From positions 219,296,001 through 219,360,000 of the forward strand of contig NC_058368.1 of the NCBI RefSeq assembly GCF_018350175.1: 64,000 nt of DNA. The letters are read 5' to 3'. How positions within the stretch are numbered: position 1 is the stretch's first letter; every line of letters begins with the position of its first letter. The translations under genes and the position numbers were made by a program. Under the pieces are notes generated by a model. It was given only the letters and a program-made list of their open reading frames with translations. It was not told where the DNA came from and searched no databases. This DNA is from Felis catus (lineage: Eukaryota). Below, one piece after another: positions 51,961-64,000 of the stretch.

Positions 51961-53299
51961 ATAAAGGAATTCGTTTTTTAAAAATGAGAGTCTGTTTTTA
52001 TGCATACAATTTTAATATTTTATCTTCACCTTTATATATAGTTCAAAAAGTATAATCTATGCATTGGTATGTACTATATTTCAAGTATTATGTCATGGTA
52101 TCGGTTGCTTAGTTGTTTTTCCCAGTTAAGATTGTTGAATTAGTATTGTTTATGAGAATGAGTTAAATGAAACTTTAAAGATGGTTTATTATTTCTACAC
52201 TGCAAAATTACTTGTTTAATACTATCAATAAGTGTATCCCACCTATCACAGTAGAATAGCAAATGGATTTTTTGTAACTGCCCATCAAGCATAAAGAAAA
52301 TAAAAGAGTGGGTATATTTTTGTTAAGAAACTAGAAAACTCAAGTTCTCTTCTAACTACTTAAATAATCCTAGAAAAATTTTCTATTTTCCTCCTTTGTT
52401 ATTTGGGCTAAATGATTTAAAAGATTCTACCACCCACATTTTCTGATGGCAGATTTTAAAAATATAGAAAATGTTTACTTATAGCAAACAAAATAAAGAC
52501 CTCAAGGAAAAAGGTAATCTCAGGAAGATAAAATGTAACCTGAGGGATCTATGTGCAATGAAATTACATTCAAAACTTACTTCATTATTGAAATGAAGCC
52601 ACAAAGAAAAACTGTATATATGGGAATATCATTTAATTTTTAGAACCCATCGTTTTCTTTCTAACTCACTCATCACTGAGTTGATGAGCAGGTAATCACT
52701 AATCATTTGGGAGTTGGGATGGACATATGAGAATATTCCAAGGCTCCTTCCCGCTGCAGAAAATTTACTCCAGCAACAAAACCAAGTCCCCTGCTTCTCC
52801 CTGGATGGAGTTGATCTGCATATTATCCCCTCAACTTTTCTACCCAAGGGCCTAGCTTTTAACCGTGTCTGCTTCTGAGAGCCGATAGGGCCCAGCATTT
52901 ACTAAGACCTTGGGATTGACAGAGAACAAAGCAATAGTTTGGAAGATCATGTGGTCAGAACATTTATGCAGACATCTGTCACAGTGCCTCTCCTCAGCTC
53001 AGGGGGAAAAAAGATAAGTATTGACAAGGATGTTGGGAAAAGAGAACACATGTACACTGTTGGCAGATGTGTAAATTGATATAGCTGTGTGGGAGAGATA
53101 TGGAGGGACCTCAAAAAATTAAAGACAGAACTGCAATATAATCCAATAATTTTGCTTGTGGCCATCCATCTGAAGAAATGGAAGTCACTATTATGAAGAG
53201 ATACTCTTCAGTGAACTCCCAGGTTGCAGTACTATTCACAATAGCCAAGATATGGAAACAGCTTTAATGTCTGCTGATAGATGAATGGATCAAGGAAAA

Positions 53300-53301
<2 letters not shown>

Positions 53302-53348
<47 letters not shown>

Positions 53349-53356
53349 TGTGTGTA
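53302..53356. repeat. (TG)n microsatellite inside L1
   Basis: TG run containing one ta. Confidence 0.95.
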
Positions 53357-53793
53357 TACATTTAGACATTAAAAAGGATATCCTGCCGTATGCAACAACA
53401 TGGATGAACTTGGATGACATTATTCCAGGTGAAATAATTCAGAACTACAAATACAAATACAAATACTGTCACTTATGTGTAGAATCTAAAATTTTCAAAC
53501 TCATAGGAACAGAGAATAGAGTGGTGGTTGACACGGGCAGGACAAAGGGGGAAGGGGAAGTTGTTGGTCAAAGGGTACAAAGATTCAGTTGTGCAGGATA
53601 AATAAGTTCTGGAGATATAATATACAGCATGGTGACTGCAGTTAACAATACTGTCATGTAAACTTGAAACTTGCTAAGAGGGTATACCTTAAGCTTTCTC
53701 ATCTCACACACACACACACCCACACACACACAAACTATGTGAGGTGATGGACATGTTAATTAGCTTGATTTTGGTGATCATTTAAAAATCTAT

Positions 53794-54511
53794 TATCACC
53801 TCACGCCAGTCAGAGTGGCCAAAATGAACAAATCAGGAGACTATAGATGCTGGCGAGGATGTGGAGAAATGGGAACCCTCTTGCACTGTTGGTGGGAATG
53901 CAAATTGGTGCAGCCACTCTGGAAAACAGTGTGGAGGTTCCTCAGAAAATTAAAAATAGACCTACCCTATGACCCAGCAATAGCACTGCTAGGAATTTAT
54001 CCAAGGGATACAGGAGTACTGATGCATAGGGGTACTTGTACCCCAATGTTTATAGCAGCACTCTCAACAATAGCCAAATTATGGAAAGAGCCTAAATGTC
54101 CATCAACTGATGAATGGATAAAGAAATTGTGGTATATATACACAATGGAGTACTACGTGGCAATGAGAAAGAATGAAATATGGCCTTTTGTAGCAATGGG
54201 GATGGAACTGGAGAGTGTGATGCTAAGTGAAATAAGCCATACAGAGAAAGACAGATACCATATGTTTTCACTCTTATGTGGATCCTGAGAAACTTAACAG
54301 AAACCCATGGGGGAGGGGAAGGAAAAAAAAAGGTTAGAGTGAAAGAGAGCCAAAGCATAAGAGACTCTTAAAAACTGAGAACAAACTGAGGGTTGATGGG
54401 GGGTGGGAGGGAGGGGAGGGTGGGTGATGGGTATTGAGGAGGGCACCTTTTGGGATGAGCACTGGGTGTTGTATGGAAACCAATTTGACAATAAACTTCA
54501 TATATTGAAAA
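53794..54511 (+). mobile_element. Young feline L1 (L1_Fc-like), 5'-truncated, about 0.72 kb
   Basis: Intact ORF2 C-terminus, G-rich 3' UTR, caataaa plus A tail; TSD aaaaatctat at 53784-53793 and 54512-54521. Confidence 0.93.
53815..54288 (+). pseudogene. LINE-1 ORF2p C-terminal cysteine-rich domain remnant (no promoter, endonuclease or RT)
   Basis: [32 protein letters not shown]...YDPAIALLGIYP...CTPMFIAAL..IAK.W..P.CPS..EWIKK.WYIYTMEYY. Confidence 0.95.
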
Positions 54512-54593
54512 AAAAATCTATACATATATCTATACATATATTTATACATACTTCAAAACATCAAGTTATACACATTAAAATTATGCAATTTCT

Positions 54594-55007
54594 TTTCTGG
54601 TTTCTCTATTCTATTCCACTGATCTATGTGTCCATTTTTGTGCCAATACCATACTGTCTTAATGATTATAGCTTTGTAATACAAGTTAAAGTCCGAACTG
54701 TGATGTCTCCAGCTTAGGTGTTCTTTGTCACCATTACTTTGATTATTTGGGCTCTTTTGTGGATTTTTTGTTCTGGCTCTGGAAGAATTCTTGTGTTATT
54801 TTGACAGGGATTGCATTGAACGTGTAGATTCCTTTGGGTGGTTTCAACATTTTAATATTTTTTCTTCCAATCCATGAGCATGAAATGTTTTTCCATTTCT
54901 TTGTGTCTTCTTCAATTTATTGCATAAGCCAAGACTGCACTGTATGCTGACTAACCTGAGAATATAAATAAATAAATATAAATAAATAAATGAATAAATA
55001 AATAAAT
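54594..55007 (+). mobile_element. 5'-inverted (twin-primed) L1 insertion
   Basis: 54594-54929 is antisense ORF2 DNA; 54930-55007 is the sense 3' tip (actgtatgctgactaac) plus (AAAT)n tail; degenerate TSD aaaattatgcaatttct / aaaatatatacagttcct. Confidence 0.78.
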
Positions 55008-56509
55008 AAAATATATACAGTTCCTATGTATCAATTATCACTCAATACAGCTGAAAAATTATTCATTTTTAGAGAGATTCCACTATAGTGTCCTGTGCTA
55101 TTGCTAGTTATTAGAGAGTTAAATCATAAGTGAAGCAGGTTATTATTTCTATTATTATTTCTCAAGATATAATTTCTTTTGTCTAGTGGACCCATCTTGA
55201 GACTATTGTCCTGTTAATATCCTTGGGTTGGCAGACGGCTAAAGAGAAAGTTAAATCATCATAACCATCACTGCCATAGAATCATGGCAGTAACATTTAC
55301 CCCTTCTGCATATAATTTATGTTTCTTCTATAATCCTCACCAAGTAATATTCTAAAGTGGATGATGATGAGGTATTTCTCCAGAAACTAGCTTAGCTAAA
55401 AATACTCATGATAGACTAAGCCTTGCAGAGAAATCATGTCAATTTACTCTCAGTAAACTGAAGACCACTACAGTTTTCCACAAAAGCAGGAAACTCAGAA
55501 ATATTTATTTAACTGTTACAGGGTTTTTCTTCTATTGCATCTATTAAAGTTATGGTAATGAAACTGAGTTTAAATACTATTACTACCTCCAATATCTCTT
55601 TCCTATACAAAATATTTAGCTGTGGCTATAAAAAAAGAATGTTGCTTCCAATGTGGACCAAGAATAGCATAATGATATATTTTAAACATCACACATGGTC
55701 AGTATATTTAACTACACTGATTTGTGTTTTGAGCACCTTTTAATCACCGTGGTGTCAGAGTGGCTTTAAAGTTCAGCAAAATTTTACACAAAACGTATTT
55801 CAAATTACTTCACACTTCAGTGAAATTCACTGAGCTTTAGGCTAAATATAGAAACTTAACAGTCTAACACACTTATGTCAAAGCTGGTTAAGAGGGGCAA
55901 GTTGTAAAGGTAATCCATTCAGTCAAAATCTTCAGGGAAATATAACATGCATGGAACACCATGTCCCTTCTGGCACACTGCTATTATTATTTTATTTACT
56001 TTTCACTGAAACTTTTTTATAAACTATCCTAGAAAAGAATAACACACTTTTAAATGATTTGCGCCTTATGTGTACATTTATTAAATTTAAGACTGCACCA
56101 CGGAGAGGTTTAAGCCTTTCTGACTAGCCTTCTCTAAGAGCTGTATGTCTTTTCTATTTAAAATTCTTAAATATTATATAAAGGTGCCTTTAATGTTAAT
56201 ACTTAACATAGATGATAATTCAAGATATATATAATTGAATAAGGGTAAAATGGATACTAGAGCCATTTTAGGGTCATGTCAACTAAAATACTGGCTGGTT
56301 TCAAAATAAAAATACCCAAGGCTAGGCATAAAAGGCATCACTCTATTCTAAGTAACTGGAGAGTATTCTCTTTGGAGTATATTACTTCACATGTTCTGAA
56401 CACTGTGATTCTGGACCTACTGACTCTCTGTGTGAACTTCCATGAATCTCATCTAATTATCTGATAGTTTAGCTATCATTTTTTAAATGAGGATGACTCC
56501 ACAGTTTGA

Positions 56510-56735
56510 CGTATGACAACCAGAAATGCAATCTTGGCTCCCCACTTACTCATAGTGTAGCATTGGTAAGTTATTTTACCTCTCTCTCCCTCAATTCTCC
56601 TCATCTGGTAAATGTTTATAATAGCAATTATCGTTCACAGAAGTATTTACGAATTAATAAGACAGTACTTGAAAGCTGTTAACATTGCCTATCCCAGAGT
56701 TTACCATCAGTCAAAGGATATTAGCTGGTCTTATT
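56510..56735 (+). mobile_element. MIR SINE
   Basis: aatcttggctccccacttact...ggtaagttattttacctctctctccctcaattctcctcatctggtaaatg. Confidence 0.8.
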
Positions 56736-56849
56736 TCTGTTTCTTTTCTAAATTAAGTTATGCATTTTTAGCTACCTTTAAGATATCTTCATCTGAGTTG
56801 TATCACCAGGAATTCACATAGGACAAGGTCAACATTAAACACAAAGTAA

Positions 56850-57400
56850 AACAAAATATATCTCTTGTCACGTACTATCTCTGTAATGAGACAACTAGAG
56901 TCCCATTCACCTAGATTTGAAACATAAAATTATCTTAGTCTTCTCTGTTTCTGCATATGCAATTATTATATCCTCTGTATTTTCCTTCCCCAGAATTCAT
57001 TTCAAAGGTTCTTCTCAAATGCTAGCTCTCTTCATATGTCTTACCTACACCACTGTCTCTGAGACTTATTGTCTCCTAACTATTCATGCTGCCTCCAGTT
57101 ATTTCTACTCTGTAAGATCTAATTCCTTGCAGTTATATTGAACCTCCTGAAGCACACTTCTTGTCACATTACTTTTCTGGCCAGAAACTTTCAGTGGTGT
57201 TCAGAAGCAAAACAAAGTCCAGACTTCCTGCTCTATCATTCAAAGCAACTTACTTCAGAAACCAGTACTCTGTGTGTCTTCTTTACTCCCAGACTTATGA
57301 ACTGTTACCATTTCCTTTAAATATGCTGTCTTTTCCAACCGTATGCCATTTCTCAATTTTCCAACAGTTTCCCTTGCTTAGAATAGACTGTCAGCTATTT
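56850..57400 (+). mobile_element. L2 fragment
   Basis: acttttctggccagaaactttcagtgg...caaagtccagacttcctg pattern. Confidence 0.55.
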
Positions 57401-57893
57401 TTATTGAAGGAAGACATAGGTTATAATATAATTCAATGTAAGAACTGAATGTGAAATAAAACTAAGTTCTGAGAAAGATAATGTCTATAGAATGTACTCT
57501 TTCCTAGGGCTCTTATAACAAGTACAACAAACTGGGTGACTTGAAAGAACAGGAATTTATTCTTTCACAGTTTTAGAGGATAGAAGTACAATATCAAGAT
57601 ACTAATTTGGAGGACTTTGTGTTCCATGCTTCTATCCTAGCTTCTGATACTTACTAGACACTCTTGGTTTTCCTTGGCCTATAGATATCGAACTCTAATC
57701 TTTGCATCCATCACTGTCACATGGGTATCTTTTCCCTGTGTGTCTTTTGTCTTCACATGATGTTCTCTTTTGTCACTGTTGTCACTCTTTCCTCTTACAA
57801 GGACAACAGTCATCATATTGGATTAAAGGCTCCCTGTACTCAGTATAACCTCATCTAAACTTTACTAATTATATATGCAAGGATGCTATTTCT

Positions 57894-58020
57894 TCCTTTT
57901 TTCCTTCCTTCCTTCCTTCCTTCCTTCCTTCCTTCCCTCCTTCCTTCCTTCCTTCCCTCCTTCCTTCCTTCCTTCCTTCCTTCCTTCCTTCCTTCCTTCC
58001 TTCCTTCCTTCCTTCCTTCT
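57894..58020. repeat. (TTCC)n tetranucleotide microsatellite
   Basis: About 30 units with a few variants. Confidence 0.96.
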
Positions 58021-58198
58021 TTTTTAAGAGACAGAAAAGCGCAAAAAGGGGGTGGAGCAGAGGGAAAGAGAAAGAATCCCAAGCAGGCTCTACACTGAGT
58101 GTAGAGCCCCATGCAGGGCTCGATCCCATGACCGTGGTATCATGACCTGAGCTGAAATAAAGAGGGATGTTCAATCAGCTGAGCCACCCAGGTGCCCC
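57894..58198 (-). mobile_element. CAN-SINE whose tail expanded into a (TTCC)n tract
   Basis: 18-bp TSD tgcaa(g/t)gatgctatttct at 57876-57893 and 58199-58216. Confidence 0.93.
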
Positions 58199-58314
58199 TG
58201 CAATGATGCTATTTCTAAACAAGATCACATTCTAAGGTGTTGGGAGTTAAGATATTGACATATCTTATTAGGGGACACAATTCAACCTATAACAAAAAGG
58301 AAGTTAAAAAAATT

Positions 58315-58550
58315 GTAGACGCTGAATACTGGAGCCAGACTGAATTGGTTCCTTCTTTCCTGAGTTGTTCTCTCACTTCCTGGGTTGATTCCTCACTCCC
58401 ATTACTTAACGAGTTCTCTAGTGTTTAGCAACTACTCAACCTCCTTACATTTCAATTTCCTCATCTGTAATGTAAAAAAAATAATACTTCCCACTTCAAG
58501 GTATTTTGTGAGCATTAAAGAATGTGAACATGAATAAACTATTTAAAACA
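58315..58550 (+). mobile_element. MIR fragment
   Basis: ctggagccagactg...tcaatttcctcatctgtaatg...tattttgtgagcattaaa. Confidence 0.65.
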
Positions 58551-59112
58551 ATTGTATTAAATCAATGTGCGTATCATTCTTTTCTTACTGTGGGTCCCTG
58601 GGAGATAACAGTGTCACATGCCCAGTGTGAGTGTGGAGGGTTAGCCTCTTTTTAATTGTTATAACCACATACCCTCCCCCTTGATGTTTTCCTACTTCTC
58701 TGACTCCTTCTCTTGATGTTTTTGTTTTTGTTTTTGTTTTTTTGTTTTGTTTGTTTGTTTTTTTAGTTTTCACCCTTCTCTAGTAAGATACTTCTAGGAA
58801 CATCCATGGAATATCTTAATTAAAGGTATGATTAAGGTATCGAGTCTTATGTGACTGAGGCGAATAAAGTCATGGAAGATAAGATGATTGATGACGTTGT
58901 TCCTAAATGTAGGAGGGCCCCAGCGAGCACAGTGGTGCCTTAGCTCTTCTCTATCTCTAGTCCTCACCTTCAGAATTCTTCCCATCCCATCCATATCACA
59001 ATGAATCCTATTTACAAATAAATAAATTTCAAACTGATACATACCTAATTAGTTACCTACAATGACATTTATAGGGAATTTTCTAGTAGGTTATTAAAAT
59101 TGTTAAAACTTT

Positions 59113-59333
59113 GGGGTGTTTGGGTGGCTCAGTTGGTTGAGCGTCCAACTTCGGCTCCGGTCATGATATGTCAGTTGATTAGTTCCAGCCCGCGTTGGGC
59201 TCTGTCCTGACAGCTCAGACCCTGGAGCCTGCTTCTGATTCTGTGTCTCCCTCTCTCTCTGCCTCTCCCCTGCACATGCTCTGTTTCTCTCTGACTCAAA
59301 TATAAAGATAAACATTAAAAAAAAGTTTTTTTT
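59113..59333 (+). mobile_element. CAN-SINE (SINEC_Fc type)
   Basis: TSD aaattgttaaaacttt. Confidence 0.94.
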
Positions 59334-59578
59334 AAATTGTTAAAACTTTTATTAAAAGAGTCAAAGTCACTTCCAATGAGAATTATAAAAATTATTTTAA
59401 ATAAATTAATAAAATAAAAAAATATTAATATCCATTTCATAACATGAAATAATTACAGAGGAAAATTATTTTCATAATTTAGACAGTTCCTTTTTGGCTT
59501 CCTCCCTATCCAAATTTTAACTACCAGTGTTCTCTAATACCTGATTTGGGGGATATTTGGTTTTAAACTTATAATTTT

Positions 59579-59790
59579 GGGATGCCTGGGTGGCTCAGTT
59601 GGTTGAACATCTGATTCTTAGTTTCAGCTCAGGTCATCATTTTAGGGTTCAAGAGATTGAGCCTTATGTCAGTCTCTGTGCTAACAGCATGTAGCCTACT
59701 TGGGCTTATCTGTCTCCCTCTCTCTCTGCCTCTCCCCCCCCAAAATAAATGAATAAACTTTAAAATAAATAAATATATAAATAAATATAA
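59579..59790 (+). mobile_element. CAN-SINE
   Basis: Head gggatgcctgggtggctcag; AT-rich tail. Confidence 0.91.
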
Positions 59791-60391
59791 TTATAAACTT
59801 CCTTCTTTTAATAATTTGTATTTTTGCCAATTCTGTGTATACATCAAAAACATGAAAAGAATAAAAGAGTATTCTTAGAATAAATAGAATAATAATTCAC
59901 ATTAATGATTCTCCATAGATAAAGAAAGCCTAGTTTTGGTTCAAAATGAGAATATATTTTCAAACTAAATTCCATAAATGTTCAAGGAAATTTCTAAGGG
60001 AAAACCATATTAGATAGTAATTTTAAGTGAATTATCAGTGCCTAGAATATTACACAATTCTTCACGAGCAGGTATAAAAGACTAAAGTATCTGCATAAAG
60101 AGCTTAAGTAAATCTCAGTAGTTCATAACCTTAAACATCTTGAAAAATCACCTCTACTATCCCCAATCTTATTGTGAAGTAAATGTTAGTTTTTACAGTG
60201 GATTTAAATTTCCATATTTTATTTTATTCTATAATGATAGAAGAATATTTCTAATTTACATATAAAGCTCAGTTTTTTATGAGTATCTTTACTATATCTC
60301 ATTAATATATTCAGTATTGCTTTGGATACACTATATTGTGGTAGGTATATATAGTTATCTCATATATAAAGTAACATTAAGAAATTTCCCA

Positions 60392-60640
60392 GGGCACCTG
60401 GCTAGCTCAGTTGGTTAAGCATCCTACTTTGGCTCAGGTTGTGATCTAATGGTTCATAGGTTCCAGCCCCACGATCTCATAGTTCATGGGATCAAGCCCT
60501 GCATCGGGCTCTCTGCTGTCAGCCCAGAGCCGACTTTGCATCTTTTCTCTTCCTGTCTCTCTGCCCCTCACCCACTTGCATGCATGCATATTCTCTCTCT
60601 CTCTCTCTCTCTCCCAAAAATAAATAAACATTGAAAAAAA
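60392..60640 (+). mobile_element. CAN-SINE with internal 30-bp duplication
   Basis: Units 60443-60472 and 60473-60502; degenerate TSD aaga(a)atttc.ca. Confidence 0.91.
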
Positions 60641-61039
60641 AAGAATTTCTCATGAAATGTATGTAATATATTTAATGATTCAAAGAGTGTCTGGCAAAAG
60701 TAAGTTCCATGCTAGTGTTTATTAAATATTTTAGTGTTTATTAAATATTAAATACAATGAATGCATTTCTATACATTCTATTGATGTAAAATAATATGTA
60801 CTAGCTTGTGGGCACTGAGTCAAAATAAGTAAAAGCTGAAATAGAAAACTCATATTTTTTGTTGAAAAATATTAATGGCTATTCTTAAGAAAGCTTTAAA
60901 TAGATTCTGAGTGTGTATGAAGTTGAAATAGACTTCACATTCTTGAAATATATGCTTTAGAAAAAAATAGACTTATACATAAGTCATTATTCAACATAAT
61001 ATTGAATATAAGATTAAAAGGAAAGAAAAAGAGTCATTA

Positions 61040-61660
61040 TTTGGTTTTAGAAAATCTGCTTCCAGATGAGTAAATCAGGAAATGTTTTGACCTGGGGCTT
61101 TCATAAACAAAATGGACAAGTAGAGTAACTCAAGTAGCATATAGTGAACATTTTAATTGGTTTGTAGTTTGAAGCAAAATAAAACAGAGAGATTGTGTAG
61201 CAAGAAATATGATTAGACAAAATTGGAAAAGTCAGCTTGGGGACAGATAATTCTGGATTTCACATAAGAAATTAAGGTAGATTTCATTTGGTATGTAAGG
61301 AAGACTCTAAAAGATTTTATGCAAAATGTAACACAATTGGGGTGGCTTTAGTAAAACTAATCTGACACCATGGTGTCAAGTGAATGAGAACAGGGGTGGA
61401 GAAGTCTATGGGAGTTTAATGCAATAGTTTAGGAGAGCGTAATGAGTTTAAAGACCGCTGAAATAGAGGATTGGATATGAGGTTGTGGAAGAAGAAGAGG
61501 GCAGTGGGTAGAAAGATGTTACTAAAAGACGTAAGAAATAGAGATGAAAAAAGAATGTTTAGGAGAGTGATGACTCCATTCTGGATATGTTGTATCCACG
61601 TGCTATAAAAATACTCATATTAAAGATGCTTAGCAGTTATTAGAAATACTATATGATAAT
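61040..61660 (-). mobile_element. Ancient L2 fragment
   Basis: tgcaatagtttaggagag; attggatatgagg; ttctggatatgttgtatcc. Confidence 0.5.
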
Positions 61661-63689
61661 CTGGTTAAATGGATTAAAGTCTACACCTTTTGCTATAATT
61701 TTCTTTCCCTGAGTTGCTAGGTCAGAATTTTGAAAAGTAAGGATTTTGACCACCTACACCAAGATTCCTGGAAATGCTTTTATAATGCAGTATCCAAAGC
61801 CAATCCCTAAATTCCTAAGCCAAAATATATATTTGAATTCACTAACTTTGTAACCTCACTGTTTTTCTTCATACCATGCCCTATAATTGTGTTATAAATA
61901 CTAATTGGGGGCTTAAATGCAATTCAGATAAATCTTAAATTAAAATGAAATGTAAATTACGAGAATAAAAGCCTATTTTTGAATACTATGTTTATCTTTG
62001 ATACTTCAAGAGGAGACTTCACTTTAAGTTAATGAGTTACAGTAATCTATAGAGTCTGAAAAAATACATGAATTAATTTTAAGTCACAATAGAGTACCAT
62101 TGATTAATAGATACATGAATAGCATTTTTATCTGAAATTGTTTAATTATAGTCAGTGCTATAAATGTCCATATTTTATGTCAAAGCAAAAGTAATATACA
62201 TAATTAGCTTTTATTGTTGTCTTTTTCACTACTCATATCTTGGCATATATTTTACTTCTATTTTTATGAACATCTCTTCTGTTTTGATTAAATTAGAAGC
62301 CCATTGAAGTCACAGTACATTAATTTTCTATTCCCATCACCTACTGCATGACATTAAATTGCGTAGAAGCATCAAAATTATTGTGAAAATATTTAGCATA
62401 TTAAACAAAGTTTTTGTAAATATGCTTCTTTTATTGAGTGGAGAAGCATTTCTCTATAAAAAATACAGTCAAACATTGTAACAAAAAGTTATATTTCTTT
62501 CTTGGTTAGTTCTGCAACCATTTACTTACGGTTTCAGAAGAATATGAAAGAAGTGAGGAGATTTGGGGAAATTTAATTACTTGTATTTGGTATCTAACAC
62601 TTCTGTTGTTATATGCCTTGAAGAAATTATTGCTTTATTAAAATAAATATTAATCTTATTATATAGAATTGGAATAAAAATGTATTTCATGTATGCAGAT
62701 ATAGAAGGCAAGACCAAACTTATTGCAATGATAGATTCTTTCTGTGAAGTCAGAGTTTGGATAACATTGAGGAGGAGGGTGACCATGGCTTAAGGTCACT
62801 AGAGATCCAATAATACTACCAGAGGGTATTCATATGTATGTATCTCAGTAAGGAGATCCCAAGGCCTTATGAGTTTGATTTAGTAATGATTGAATAAAGA
62901 GTAACTTGAACGGTTTGAAAAGCAACTTGCAGAAATTTGTTTTTAAAGGGAGAATGAGCTATACCAGAGTAAATGTAGGCAGAATCAGAAGATGAATCTG
63001 GAAAGACGTTTGCCATATGGAGATACAAACCATGACATTTCCTAAAAATGGGATTTATATAACAATCTAGATCTAGATCTGGACTTGGTTGAATCATGCA
63101 AATTTCAATCTTCTTTAGAATACAAGTGAATAGAATCTAATATTTGCAGTTAGCTAAGAAAAAACTACTTAAGACGTCTTGAAAAGAAAAAGAACATTGT
63201 CCTCCTTATAACAGAAGTTGCTCAGTCATTGTATATCAGATTATAAGATAATCTATAAAAACATTTATTAGTCATTTAAAAATATTCCAATTATGTTTTA
63301 GGCAACTATTACTTTAACAGGAAATTTGTTAAGTGTCCCCTGATTAAGTTCCACCTTTTCTTGGTTAAAATGCCTGTTGAGCTACAAAATTAGATTACAA
63401 CTCACACAAATATGCAAAATGAATTATGTCAGGGAGTTAAATATGTATTAATGTTAAGGCTGACAAAAAAGGATTAAGAAAAAAATACTCTGCTTGTGTC
63501 GTAAAGATTGCCAAGCAATATACCAAAATATAGACCATGTGATAAAAGAGAAGCTCCCTGATGACTCAGGTTATCTCTCTATGAACACAGAGTATTGTTG
63601 CTGTTTCTAGGATATAGTCATCTCTTTCAAGTAGGTAGTTAATTCATTGGCAAATATATCCCTATGAGTTAAATGCTGCAGAGGGCCAT

Positions 63690-64000
63690 AAATGTAATAG
63701 CAGTCCCAGAAATAAACCAATGTCAAACGATCTCCAACAGATATACCAAAACCACTTAATTCAGAAAAAAAAAAAAAAAAAAACCAGTGTCTTCAACAAT
63801 TGCTGTTAGGAAAACTGGATATCCACATGCAAAAGAATGAAGTTGAGCTCTTATCTTACATTAGAGACAAAAATGAACTCAAAATAGATTAAAGATCTAA
63901 ACATAAGACCTAAAAGTATAAAACTCCTAGAAGAAAACATGGACAATGTTTTATGATATTGGACTTGACAATATTTTCTTAAATATGACCCCAACCACTA
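63690..64000 (+). mobile_element. L1 ORF2 fragment running off the window end
   Basis: ggaaaactggatatccacatgcaaaagaatgaagttg...aactcaaaatagattaaagatctaaacataagacctaaaagtataaaactcctagaagaaaac. Confidence 0.88.

Larger units (their letters stand above)
53005..55058 (+). mobile_element. Older L1 3' end (L1MA-like) hosting two younger L1 insertions
   Basis: ORF2 end and 3' UTR at 53005-53793, resumes 54522-54593, ends 55026-55058 (tcaattatcactcaatacagctgaaaaa). Confidence 0.85.
57493..58294 (-). mobile_element. MaLR LTR (MLT1B/C-like) interrupted by a SINE
   Basis: tgtactctttcctagggct...aaactgggtgacttgaaagaacaggaatttattctttcacagtt...ggggacacaattcaacctataaca. Confidence 0.87.

Noticed and set aside
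57855..58174. ORFs with KEGR/PSFL repeats
   Set aside because: Translation of (TTCC)n.
2820..60640. Recurrent ~200-bp repeats with unique spacers, superficially array-like
   Set aside because: Dispersed SINEs in both orientations with individual TSDs; not CRISPR or a tandem system.
60713..60750. 19-bp tandem duplication tagtgtttattaaatatt(t/a)
   Set aside because: Ordinary local slippage; similar short duplications occur near 7738-7759 and 18354-18375.
63559..63570. AP-1 site TGACTCA
   Set aside because: A single 7-mer is expected by chance several times in 64 kb.
23650..64000. Most younger L1s lie on the + strand, hinting at a minus-strand host gene
   Set aside because: Too few elements, counter-examples exist (39505, 44020), and no exon was found.

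Overview
This is AT-rich, CpG-poor mammalian non-coding DNA (intergenic or deep intronic). It is almost certainly from a felid (cat family), judging by about 31 tRNA-derived CAN-SINEs of the feline SINEC_Fc type and a young feline-type L1 3' end. I see no protein-coding gene, RNA gene, CpG island or CRISPR-like array. The ORF track is explained by SINEs, microsatellites and decayed LINEs; the only recognisable protein is the C-terminal cysteine-rich end of L1 ORF2p (53815-54288) in a 5'-truncated copy. The window is a layered transposon record: ancient L2, MIR, L3 and L1M copies, MaLR/ERVL LTRs (MLT1, MLT2), hAT DNA transposons (Charlie1, MER58, MER5), then carnivore L1s and SINEs. The most notable items are mechanistic footprints: a four-layer nested stack in Charlie1, a SINE apparently carrying source-locus 3' flank, a poly(A)-only insertion scar, a twin-primed L1 with a large internal gap nested in another L1, a triplicated 16-bp splice-donor/E-box unit and a (CG)8(CA)20 tract. 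I found no convincing new biological system. Family names come from recalled consensus resemblance, not a database search, and boundaries of old elements are approximate.
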